From assembly GCF_024298765.1 (NCBI RefSeq), contig NZ_CP101210.1: 64,000 nucleotides of DNA; one strand, written 5' to 3'. The DNA comes from Escherichia coli. GTDB taxonomy: Bacteria; Pseudomonadota; Gammaproteobacteria; Enterobacterales; Enterobacteriaceae. A model generated the notes under the pieces. The model saw only the letters and a list, made by a program, of their open reading frames with translations. It made no database searches and was not told the DNA's origin. Below, piece by piece: positions 22,864 through 31,736 of the stretch; within the stretch, counting starts at the first letter, position 1; the number at the start of each line of letters is the position of its first letter. The position numbers and the translations under genes are program-made.

Positions 22864-23918
22864 GACATACTCCCTCGATGACGCATTACAATGCTCAGAA
22901 AGAACGGAACGCCTACCAGCGAGGTAACAATTCCTACCGGTAAAATGACACCGGGAATGATGTTCTTCGACGCTACCGAGGCCAGCGATAGCACCAGCCC
23001 ACCGATAAGGATGCTTCCGGGCAAATAAAAGCGATGATCTTCTCCCAGCAACAGGCGGGAAATATGCGGTGCAACCAGGCCAATAAAGCCAATTGGCCCC
23101 ACAAACGCAACCGAAAGGGCCGCCAGCAGGCTGATGCGCAGCAGGGAACCCAGGCGCAAACGGCGAACATCAATGCCAAAACTCATCGCCCGCTCTTCGC
23201 CGAGGCGTAGCGCGGTAAGCTGCCAGGCACGACGCAGCGACCAGGGTAAAACAATCGCCATCGCCGCCGCCAGCACCGCCAGTTTCTCCCATGATGCGCG
23301 AGCCAGGCTGCCCATCGTCCAGAACACCAGGCCCTGCAAAGTATCTTCATCGGCGACAAACTGCATAATGGACACCAGCGCATTGAAGGTAAACACCAGC
23401 GCAATCCCAAACAGCACAACGCCCGACGTCGGCACGCGCGTCCAGCGGGTCAGACTATCGAGCAGCAGGGCGGACAGGAGCGCAAAAAGAAAAGCGTTTG
23501 CCGGTATAAACCCGCTTTCGGGAACGCCGGGAATACCGATGCCCAGAACAATCGCCAGCGCTGCGCCAAAGGCCGCCGCCGACGAAACGCCAAGCGTAAA
23601 CGGGCTGGCGAGGGAGTTATTCAGAATAGTTTGCATCTCTGCCCCGGCCAAACCCAGCGCCATTCCTACCAGGAGCGCCATCAGCGCATAGGGCAAACGG
23701 ATGTCCCAAACGATAACCCGCATGCCGTTAGTCGCCCCGGACGGATGCATCAAAGTCTTTATCAGCGAATGTAAAGGGAGCCCTGAGGGGCCGAGGGTGA
23801 AATCGAGCAGCAGCGAAGCAATGATAGCGATAAAAATAACCGCCAGTATTACCAGACGCTGGCGAAAAAGCTGGCGATAGCGGTTCTCGACCGACAGCGT
23901 ACTTTCCAATACAGTCAT
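22860..23918 (-). CDS. Iron-chelate ABC transporter permease (FecCD family)
   Basis: 352 aa polytopic membrane protein; operon position between the binding protein and ATPase. Confidence 0.8.
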   Translation of the reverse strand: MTVLESTLSVENRYRQLFRQRLVILAVIFIAIIASLLLDFTLGPSGLPLHSLIKTLMHPSGATNGMRVIVWDIRLPYALMALLVGMALGLAGAEMQTILNNSLASPFTLGVSSAAAFGAALAIVLGIGIPGVPESGFIPANAFLFALLSALLLDSLTRWTRVPTSGVVLFGIALVFTFNALVSIMQFVADEDTLQGLVFWTMGSLARASWEKLAVLAAAMAIVLPWSLRRAWQLTALRLGEERAMSFGIDVRRLRLGSLLRISLLAALSVAFVGPIGFIGLVAPHISRLLLGEDHRFYLPGSILIGGLVLSLASVASKNIIPGVILPVGIVTSLVGVPFFLSIVMRHRGSMS

Positions 23919-23936
23919 GGTTTTTCACAGCCTCCG

Positions 23937-24929
23937 TTAGCGCGGCGGATTGAGCACATCGCTCATCTGCGCATCGCTTAACGTCAGGCCAAAGAACTGC
24001 CGATAAAACTCACGCGTCTCTTTGCGTATATCCACATCAGCAAATCGCGCAGGATAAAGCGTTTTCGCCAGCCACAAAAATTGCAGCGCCTCTTCGCTGG
24101 TTTCACGGCACCACCAGAACATTCCTTTCGGATTAACGTAAACGCGATGATGAATGACCGCGTCCACGCTTGCCCACTGCGGAGAACTCAGAATGGCATC
24201 CGCGTCGCGCTTGTTCATCGCGATGATAACCGCCGGATTGGCAGTGACAATTTTCTCCAGCGCGACTTCACCCGAACGATTTTGTTGATGCTCGCCAAAC
24301 CAATTTTCAGCGATATTTTTGCCGCCGGCCAGGTCAATCCAGTCCTGGTTTAGCGAGGGTCTACCGGTGGTGGTCAGCGGATTGCCCATACTGTGATAGA
24401 GCGACACGCGCTGTGACGCAGGAAGATCTTTCAGGCGCCCGGTGACCAGGGCCACGTTGCGATCGAAGTAGCGTTGATAGGCGAGCGCTTTTTGCTGCGC
24501 ATCGGGCCCCAGCACCGCTGCCGTTTGCTGTACGCGCTGCGTTAACGCCCGCAGTGAATTCGCCTCAAACGCCAGCACCTGCACCCCAGCCTGTTTCAGC
24601 AACGCCTGTTGAGGCACTACCATATTCTGCGGTACAAAAAGCATATCGACCCCCAGCGCGATAATCTGTTCGGGATTGATTTCATGCCCGCTGTTTACGC
24701 TAACTGCTGCGACTTTCTCTATGCGCGGCAGGCTCTGGCGAAACAGGGGGATCCTTTTTGCAATCATCGAGGTTCCGACAATGTTATCGCCGTACCCCAG
24801 CATGGCAATAATGGTATTTTGCGCCGGCCACGGTGACGCGATACGCACCTCCTTGTGCGTATTTTCTGCGTGCAGGCTGGCCGCCAGCAGCAGCGCCAGC
24901 AGCGGAAATAAACGGGAGAGTTTCATCAT
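23937..24929 (-). CDS. Periplasmic iron-siderophore/heme substrate-binding protein
   Basis: 330 aa with signal peptide MMKLSRLFPLLALLLAASLHA; class III binding-protein-like. Confidence 0.75.
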   Translation of the reverse strand: MMKLSRLFPLLALLLAASLHAENTHKEVRIASPWPAQNTIIAMLGYGDNIVGTSMIAKRIPLFRQSLPRIEKVAAVSVNSGHEINPEQIIALGVDMLFVPQNMVVPQQALLKQAGVQVLAFEANSLRALTQRVQQTAAVLGPDAQQKALAYQRYFDRNVALVTGRLKDLPASQRVSLYHSMGNPLTTTGRPSLNQDWIDLAGGKNIAENWFGEHQQNRSGEVALEKIVTANPAVIIAMNKRDADAILSSPQWASVDAVIHHRVYVNPKGMFWWCRETSEEALQFLWLAKTLYPARFADVDIRKETREFYRQFFGLTLSDAQMSDVLNPPR

Positions 24930-24936
24930 TTATCCA

Positions 24937-27102
24937 TCAGAAATCGAAGGTGACGGATGCACGCACTTCGCGGCCGCCGCCGATAAACGCACTTGGGGAA
25001 CCGTTATCGCCATCGGTACCCGATGGGAAGATAGAAGCCCAGTAATGTTTATCAAACACGTTGTTTACCACCACGCGGAAAGTGGTTGGGACGTTGCTCA
25101 CTTTCGTGGTGTAACGCGTTCCCAAATCCCATGTGGTATAGCTGCTGGCGTAAGAGGTGTTGGTATCGTTCGCCGCGCGTTTGCCCGTATAATGGACGTT
25201 AGCGCTGTAAACCCATTCCGGTATGGACGGCAAACTGTATTCCGCCAACAGATTGGCCTGCACTTTCGGCACGCCGACAACCTGTTTATTGCTGGTTGAG
25301 GCATTCGCCGTATCTTTCAGTTTCGGGTCGAGGAAGGTCACGCCGCTGTAAATATTCAGCCCCTGCCACACATTCCCGGCAGCGGTTAACTCAAGGCCGT
25401 TGTTAACCTGGTTACCCTGCTCTTTATACACGTTATCCGTATCAAGATAGGCAAACGGACGTTCCAGTCGGAACAGCGCGGCGCCTAGATTCATCTCGCC
25501 GATGTCCGATTTTAGCCCCACTTCATACTGCTTGCTGCGATACGGGTTTAGCGTTTGACCGGCATTTTTTACGCTCTCATCCGTCGGTGCGGTACCGCCC
25601 TGCTCCAGCGAATCGGCATAGCTAACGTAGGCCATTGTGTTAGGGGTAATTTTATACATCAGCGCGGCGTTCGGACTTAAACCATTTTCATCAACCTGGT
25701 TCGTTTGATTACCGTGCTTATCGTAGTTTTTAGTCTGCAGCCAGCTCTGGCTGAGATAGAACATTGCCGACCACTGCGGCGTAAATGTCACCGTATCGCC
25801 GAGCGTAACGCTCTGCTGAGTATTTACGCTGGAGCGGTATCGCGGCCCGCCGGTGCGGATTTTGCCATCGCCCTGCTCATCTATCGCATCCGGGTGATAC
25901 ATATTTGTTGTACCCCAGCTATAGCTGGAACCTGTTCCTTTGGCACTATAAAGCGACCAGACATATCCCGTGGTAGAAAGTGACAGATCGTGGCCGATAG
26001 AGCCGGTATCAATATGACCATTCAGCCCGGCGGTGTTGCTCAGGACGCGAAAACGTCCGGCAGCGGTGGAATCCTTCATCGAACGAGAGATATCGCCCTG
26101 ATTGTTGAGTATTTTACTGGAAACACTACGCATCGCGCGGTCAGCCTGCTGCCAGCCCACGCCAGCGTTCATGGACCAGTCGTCGTTAAAGTAGTGGATC
26201 AGGCGAGTGCTGATGGTATCGGTAGTGAGGTCGTTGCCCGCAGTGCTGAGCGCCAGATTTTTGTCCTTCGGATTCGGCGCAGACGGCAGTTTGACGTTCG
26301 GCCCATAGTTAAAGCTACCGACATAGCCTTTCTGGATAAATTCGTAATGGCTGGCGTCGAGCTGTAGCTGAGTGCCCGGCTGAATATTCCAGTCGAGCGC
26401 AACGGAAACGAGTTTGCGACGCAGCGTGCTGTCATCCACATTGCCTTCCCCTTCCTGATCAAGCAGGTTCACGCGATAGCCAAACCGTTTGTTTTCATCA
26501 AAATGGCCACCCAGATCGGCATGGCCGGTAAACGCACTGCGGCTTTGATAGCCCAGCGTCACTTTACGCAGCGTCTCTTCGGTTGGGCGCTTCGCCACGA
26601 AATTAAACTGCCCTGCTGGGCTCGCCGGGCCGTACAGCGCGCCGGTCAAACTGTTAAGCACATCCATGCGCTCAAGCATTTCCACCGGAAACGCGGTTGT
26701 TGAAACGATATTCAGCCCGTCCAGACGGCTGTTGGCCACCACGCTGCCCTGCATCCCCCGACTTTGCGGACGCCCGACATCCATTCCACCGCGCGCCTGC
26801 ATTTGCGTACTGGGAGAGTATTTCAGCATCTCGCTGACGCTTTGCGCCTGCTGATTTTCAATCATCTCTTTAGTTACAGTGGTGCTGGAATATGGTGTTT
26901 CGATCCAGGATTTCGTTCCCAGCGGGCCGACATCTATATCGTTCGTTTTGAAACCGGCACCGGCGGCAGAATCGGTGGTGTCGGCGGCGGTGTTGCCCGT
27001 GACAATCATTTCATCTTCAGAAGTAGACGAGGCATGAGCATGAAGCGGTATGAAAGACGCTAATGCTGGCAAAAGCGCAGCGAAAGTTATTTGAGTTTTC
27101 AT
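24937..27102 (-). CDS. TonB-dependent outer membrane siderophore/heme receptor
   Basis: 721 aa; signal peptide, TonB-box-like DEMIVTG, plug and barrel, C-terminal aromatic residue (..VTFDF). Confidence 0.85.
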   Translation of the reverse strand: MKTQITFAALLPALASFIPLHAHASSTSEDEMIVTGNTAADTTDSAAGAGFKTNDIDVGPLGTKSWIETPYSSTTVTKEMIENQQAQSVSEMLKYSPSTQMQARGGMDVGRPQSRGMQGSVVANSRLDGLNIVSTTAFPVEMLERMDVLNSLTGALYGPASPAGQFNFVAKRPTEETLRKVTLGYQSRSAFTGHADLGGHFDENKRFGYRVNLLDQEGEGNVDDSTLRRKLVSVALDWNIQPGTQLQLDASHYEFIQKGYVGSFNYGPNVKLPSAPNPKDKNLALSTAGNDLTTDTISTRLIHYFNDDWSMNAGVGWQQADRAMRSVSSKILNNQGDISRSMKDSTAAGRFRVLSNTAGLNGHIDTGSIGHDLSLSTTGYVWSLYSAKGTGSSYSWGTTNMYHPDAIDEQGDGKIRTGGPRYRSSVNTQQSVTLGDTVTFTPQWSAMFYLSQSWLQTKNYDKHGNQTNQVDENGLSPNAALMYKITPNTMAYVSYADSLEQGGTAPTDESVKNAGQTLNPYRSKQYEVGLKSDIGEMNLGAALFRLERPFAYLDTDNVYKEQGNQVNNGLELTAAGNVWQGLNIYSGVTFLDPKLKDTANASTSNKQVVGVPKVQANLLAEYSLPSIPEWVYSANVHYTGKRAANDTNTSYASSYTTWDLGTRYTTKVSNVPTTFRVVVNNVFDKHYWASIFPSGTDGDNGSPSAFIGGGREVRASVTFDF

Positions 27103-27348
27103 GAATCACTGATCGTTATGTAAATATTTATATTACGATCGGTGCATAGGCAAAATTATGATCCAGATCACACGTGAATGTAAGTTATTTACAAATTACG
27201 CTAACCTTCTGTCTCCGCTCTTTGCAGCATAAAAGTATGGCGGCGCGTTGTTGAAAGCAGGAGCGGCCGGGTTGTCAGAAAGCTGGTTTGGACGCAAGTA
27301 ATATATAACAACTCTGATTACCGCATACTGTCAGGACAGTATCTACTT

Positions 27349-27418
27349 GAGCGTCCGCCTTTGGCACAGAGCGGACGATATCACTGAGCTGAAGGTCCGC
27401 TGAGAGCGAGGAGCGGAA
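27349..27418. repeat. Compound palindromic repeat (two GTCCGC...GCGGA hairpins)
   Basis: gagcgtccgcctttggcacagagcggacg ... ggtccgctgagagcgaggagcggaag; upstream of the ORF at 27585. Confidence 0.65.
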
Positions 27419-27584
27419 GTAAGCATGTATCTGCTAATGCGAAAAATCACTAACGAAACATTGGATCCCCATTGTTGCCGATCTTTAGTGGCGTTCAAGA
27501 TTAGCCCCAATCCTGATTATCATTTGATTACACTGACTGAAATGATATAAAACCTAATTATCTGATATTTGTAGGGGTTTAGTA

Positions 27585-28394
27585 ATGTCACTTCCTGTTC
27601 CTTTTGGTGCAATTGTTACAGTAGTGAAGAAATGCTGGTCTACTCTTACCCAGATAATGCTGATAAAAACTTATCAACTCTCACATGAGCGCTGGGCAGT
27701 GAGACACAGGCTAGGGGCGAGCTGGCATTCCTTAGGGAATTATTTGGAGTACAGTCTACGATTTGCTCAGTTGACAGATAAAGAACCTCGTTGTTCACGT
27801 ATTGCTTTCAGAAGCAAAGAGGAACGACTGCAACAAGTTGAACTTGTTTTTGAAGCCATTGGCAGTGGCTTACGCTACCAAGAAACACTATGCATTCATG
27901 ATGTAAATAACTCACCGATAATATTAACGCTTTCAAATATTCCTACACTTGATGTACTTATTCTAGATGATGGATTCGCATTTACGGTTGAACAGTACCA
28001 GTTAAAATATTGCACGATAAAATTAATGACTGGTGAAAGTATATCTATTGACAATTCGCCCAAATATTCGCTAATGCAAAACTGGTGTCTCAATGATACA
28101 TGGAAACGGCGTTGGGGTATCATCTGGAACTGTAATGCAATTGAATGTGCCCGAAGGCGTATTGCTGAATATTGGAAATGGGGCTTTTGTCTGCCGTTAG
28201 TGGGACGCCCCCCGTTATATTCACCATCGCGAAAAGGTATTCATCTGTTTGAAGCAAAACCGTTACGCTGGTTTATGACACGCCCATGGTGTCTGAATAT
28301 CCAGTTTTGGACGGCAATTTGGTCAGGACTGTTTATTCTCAGCGATGAGAATGTCTTGCAATGGCGCTGGAAAGAGCCACCACAACAAGACTAA
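27585..28394 (+). CDS. Hypothetical Trp-rich protein
   Basis: 269-aa ORF bounded on both sides by palindromic repeats; no recognisable motif. Confidence 0.45.
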   Translation: MSLPVPFGAIVTVVKKCWSTLTQIMLIKTYQLSHERWAVRHRLGASWHSLGNYLEYSLRFAQLTDKEPRCSRIAFRSKEERLQQVELVFEAIGSGLRYQETLCIHDVNNSPIILTLSNIPTLDVLILDDGFAFTVEQYQLKYCTIKLMTGESISIDNSPKYSLMQNWCLNDTWKRRWGIIWNCNAIECARRRIAEYWKWGFCLPLVGRPPLYSPSRKGIHLFEAKPLRWFMTRPWCLNIQFWTAIWSGLFILSDENVLQWRWKEPPQQD

Positions 28395-28399
28395 CTTTC

Positions 28400-28470
28400 A
28401 CGAAGGCCGTCCGCTCTGAGCGAGGAGCGGACCTCAGTGCTGGTTAGATTAACTAGTCTAATTGTGACTA
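28400..28470. repeat. Palindromic repeat (perfect 8-bp arms GTCCGCTC/GAGCGGAC) plus TTAGATTA motif
   Basis: gtccgctctgagcgaggagcggac followed by ggttagattaactagtctaattg. Confidence 0.65.
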
Positions 28471-28511
28471 CCTAATTTGAAACGATATAAAAATGGTATG
28501 ATACATGATCA

Positions 28512-29249
28512 CTAATCTTTATCTGGAATATCTCTCGCATCGTAATAATCAATCCCAAGTCCAAAGCTTAACTCAAGCCCCTCAGGACCTCCGTGGATAT
28601 CGCCAACCCCAAATGTATTTGGAGCATTATTATTTCTGAATTTTTCAAGATCATTTTTATTTGGAGGCGATTTGTCGTCATTAGAGAGATCTGGAAGTGG
28701 ATCTAACTCAAAATAATCAACTCCAGCAGGGTTATAGGCAAGGTAAAAATTTCTATAGTTGCCAGGATTTCCTAAATAATGCCCTTCTTCATATTGATAG
28801 AACTTCGAAGAATAGCTCGACTGTAAATAATCAATATCACTTCCAAAATCTTTGAACTTATGTCCAAGGGTTTTTCTCAGATATGGTACTTCAGGATGAA
28901 AATTCTCATCCTTGCTGGTTACGGAATAGAGTATCACTGTGTTATTATTATCATAAACCACTTGCAGATAGAACTTTTTGAAAGAGTAAATATACTCATG
29001 AACCCTCCCATCCTCAGAATGTTCTTCCTTCACGGGAGGGCCAAAAATTGACTCGATGTACTTTATTGACGCTCCGGTGTAAATCACATGAAGATTATCC
29101 TCTGCTTTTTTTTGCAAAAAATTATCTGCGATATGTTGATATAAATCAAACACTCCGTTCAATGCAACAAAATATCCAAGAACAGCAAGAATACCACTCA
29201 AAAAAACAGTAATTAATGATTTTTTAAGTTTTTTAGGGGGATGTGACAT
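28512..29249 (-). CDS. Hypothetical AT-rich membrane-anchored protein
   Basis: 245 aa; strong ribosome-binding site (AGAGAGGAACT before ATG); N-terminal transmembrane helix SLITVFLSGILAVLGYFVALNGVF; markedly lower GC than neighbours. Confidence 0.6.
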   Translation of the reverse strand: MSHPPKKLKKSLITVFLSGILAVLGYFVALNGVFDLYQHIADNFLQKKAEDNLHVIYTGASIKYIESIFGPPVKEEHSEDGRVHEYIYSFKKFYLQVVYDNNNTVILYSVTSKDENFHPEVPYLRKTLGHKFKDFGSDIDYLQSSYSSKFYQYEEGHYLGNPGNYRNFYLAYNPAGVDYFELDPLPDLSNDDKSPPNKNDLEKFRNNNAPNTFGVGDIHGGPEGLELSFGLGIDYYDARDIPDKD

Positions 29250-29419
29250 AGTTCCTCTCTTTTTGTTTTTTAATTTTTTTGGAGTGTATCATGATTTCTC
29301 TCTTATTTTTTCAAAATTCTATTTATTTCTGAATGCAAAGTAAAACGCTGACATGCAAAAAAGTCATTCTTATTTAAGATTAAGTCAAAAATTTATCGAA
29401 AGACATTCTATTAATCTTA

Positions 29420-29460
29420 CATGAATAGAGCAACGTCCGCATCTGGCACAGGACTGCTGT
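29420..29460. repeat. Palindromic repeat copy (GTCCGC-N-TGGCACAG motif) just 3' of the recombinase gene
   Basis: gcaacgtccgcatctggcacaggactgctgttgc. Confidence 0.55.
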
Positions 29461-29476
29461 TGCAGCCCTGGCAACC

Positions 29477-30085
29477 TTAGACTTCAATCGATTCAGAGAT
29501 CTCTAACGCATCATCGACTTCAATGCCCAGATAACGGACTGTGCTTTCCAGTTTCTTATGGCCTAACAGAAGTTGGATCACCCTGAGATTCTTAGTTTTC
29601 TTGTAAATCAGGTAAGGTTTTGTTCTTCTCAAGGAATGTGTACTGTAAAGCGAATCTTCGAGACCAAGTTTTGCTACCCACCCATGAAAAATTCGGTTGT
29701 ATTGCCGGGTTGATATGTGTTGGTTAGTACCGACCCGAGATCGGAACAAATAGTCTTTACTGCGTAAATTGCCAAGCTTTATCAATGCAGAAACAGCTTC
29801 TCTTGTCCCTTTGGTTATCTCAAATTGGACAGGGCTGCCGGTTTTCTGTTGTAGAACCGTAGCTCTGCTTGAAACAGAGCTACCATATGCAACATCAGAT
29901 ACTTTGAGTTTGACTAGATCACAGCCTCGAAGCTTACTGTCCAAGGCCATGTTGAACAGAGCTAAATCGCGTGTTTTACCTTCCAGTTCAAGTCGGATTC
30001 GGATACCCCAGATATGAGATATCTGAAGTGGTCTTTTTTGGCCTATGATACGGTCTTTGTTCCACGGTGACGTGTTCATACTCAA
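29477..30085 (-). CDS. Tyrosine site-specific recombinase, catalytic domain only (about 200 aa)
   Basis: R...HSLRRT...LLGH...VRY catalytic signature (R, HxxR, H, Y); no N-terminal arm/core-binding domain; probable ATG start at 30079 (TTG at 30085). Confidence 0.7.
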   Translation of the reverse strand: MSMNTSPWNKDRIIGQKRPLQISHIWGIRIRLELEGKTRDLALFNMALDSKLRGCDLVKLKVSDVAYGSSVSSRATVLQQKTGSPVQFEITKGTREAVSALIKLGNLRSKDYLFRSRVGTNQHISTRQYNRIFHGWVAKLGLEDSLYSTHSLRRTKPYLIYKKTKNLRVIQLLLGHKKLESTVRYLGIEVDDALEISESIEV

Positions 30086-30115
30086 ATCTCCTGCAATGTG
30101 GGAGATTTGAGTATG
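30077..30115. promoter_or_regulatory. Perfect 15-bp inverted repeat (9-bp loop) spanning the start codon and SD-like GGAG of the recombinase gene
   Basis: catactcaaatctcc tgcaatgtg ggagatttgagtatg. Confidence 0.6.
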
Positions 30116-30125
30116 GTTGTCCTTA

Positions 30126-30180
30126 TGAGCGAGGCGCGGAAGCTCACTTTAGGGCAATCTAATTCACATGTCAGAGGATT
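30126..30180. repeat. Palindromic repeat copy (GAGCGAGGCGCGGAAGCTCA plus AATCTAATT motif)
   Basis: tgagcgaggcgcggaagctcactttagggcaatctaattcacatgtcagagg; between the recombinase and the HEPN-like gene. Confidence 0.55.
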
Positions 30181-30474
30181 TATAAAAAGAGAATAGTGCA
30201 GATTTTAGGGATACTTACACTTGCTATGGCATACTTTTTGGGACCCCATCAGTTTAGGGATCTGAATCGCCACAGCTTTGGTAGGCACCTGCTTTATGGT
30301 CACGTGCACCCGAAGATCCTGCGGGTACGCATGGGTCACGAAAAGTACGAGTCTACAGAAGTTAATTTACGGTTTTTTGCGCTCGATGTGGCTGCCAGCT
30401 ACCAAGTCCAGTTTACACTGGATACAACTAACGCGCTGTAGCAACTGCGTGGTGGAAGCTGATTAAAGGAGATA

Positions 30475-31578
30475 ATGATGTTCGATGTTGACGATACTGC
30501 ACCCGATACTCCCGCCCCCCGTGAACTCAGTCAGGATGTGCAGGCGCTGATCAACAATGGTCTGGATTTTCTGGATAAAGCCCGTGAAGAGTTGGAGGCC
30601 TCGAAGCCGAAGTTCTCCGTCGTCAGTTTCTGGACTGCGGTCGAGATTTTACTGAAAGTTCCGCTGGCGCACGAACACTGGTCGTTGGTCTGCAGCCCGA
30701 AAAAGCCAATAAAAAAGCAGGCTTACCTAGCCGGTGATTTTCAGTCGGTGACCTACGAAGAAACCCGTGAAAGGCTTAAGGACGTACTTGAAAGACCCCT
30801 AGACAGAGAAACGGACAGTGCTTTTGATAAGGTCAGAAAGCACCGCAACCGCGTAGTTCATTTCTACCACCCCACTTTCACCGAGGCTGAACAACGTCAA
30901 ATACTCAAAGAACAAGCTGACGCCTGGTTTGCCCTGAACCGGTTATTAAGGGATGAATGGAAAGTTATCTTCGGTGTCAAACATAATTGGAAGCTGGCTT
31001 TCGGTGAAACTCGTCTGATTAGGGGAAACAAATTTTATGCCGAGGTGCGGTTTAAACAGGTTAAGCCTGAACTCGAGCAGCTCTCTGAAAAGAATATTCA
31101 AATCGGTAACTGCAATGAGTGCCATCAGCATGCGACGGTAACAGGGACTGAAACGACCGGTAATGAAAACCGTAAGCTTGAAGTTACGCGGTGTAAGGTT
31201 TGCACCAGTGCTGTAAGGCAAATTACCCTAGTTTGTCCAGACTGCGAAATACCTCAATTGCTACCTGAGGGAGATAGTGATTTTGAATGCGAACACTGCG
31301 ACTACACTTCGGATAGGTATAAACTGCTGGATGAGGAGTTGTTCCACAGTGTGGATGAACAGCTACTCTCCGTATTTCCTGCTGGATGTACCAATTGCAT
31401 GACTCCTGAAAGCGTATGTAAATTTGGAGACGGCTATCTTTGCACTCAGTGTTTCATCTATTACACCGAGCTTCATGTATGTGGTTGTTGCGGTCACCTG
31501 AGCGATAGCGTTCCTGAACTGAGCCATATCCGAGGATGTGAATTTTGTGATGGTGACCAACGTTATTTTGATGACTGA
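30475..31578 (+). CDS. Hypothetical protein: N-terminal HEPN-like helical domain plus C-terminal four-fold CxxC zinc-ribbon domain
   Basis: 367 aa; AAGGAG ribosome-binding site; Rx4H motif in RKHRNRVVHF; four pairs of CxxC...CxxC in residues about 210-360. Confidence 0.65.
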   Translation: MMFDVDDTAPDTPAPRELSQDVQALINNGLDFLDKAREELEASKPKFSVVSFWTAVEILLKVPLAHEHWSLVCSPKKPIKKQAYLAGDFQSVTYEETRERLKDVLERPLDRETDSAFDKVRKHRNRVVHFYHPTFTEAEQRQILKEQADAWFALNRLLRDEWKVIFGVKHNWKLAFGETRLIRGNKFYAEVRFKQVKPELEQLSEKNIQIGNCNECHQHATVTGTETTGNENRKLEVTRCKVCTSAVRQITLVCPDCEIPQLLPEGDSDFECEHCDYTSDRYKLLDEELFHSVDEQLLSVFPAGCTNCMTPESVCKFGDGYLCTQCFIYYTELHVCGCCGHLSDSVPELSHIRGCEFCDGDQRYFDD

Positions 31579-31618
31579 ATTACCATACATAATCTAGGCT
31601 CTTCAGGGATGGGTTGGA

Positions 31619-31665
31619 CAGTCCGCTCCTGGCACAGAGCGGACTGTCAGATTAGATTCAGACCT
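31619..31665. repeat. Palindromic repeat copy (10-bp arms CAGTCCGCTC/GAGCGGACTG, TGGCACAG loop) plus AGATTAGATT motif
   Basis: cagtccgctcctggcacagagcggactgtcagattagattcag. Confidence 0.65.
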
Positions 31666-31736
31666 GTACTCATTAGCTGATACAAATCAGCCACATATAC
31701 CTGCATTCCAAATAATTTCAGGCAGATATTATCTCC

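Noticed and set aside
27353..31646. TGGCAC motifs inside the palindromic repeats as possible sigma-54 promoters
   Set aside because: The GG-N10-GC spacing of a sigma-54 -24/-12 element is not met (9-nt spacing or no TTGC partner); the motif is better explained as the loop of the palindromic element.
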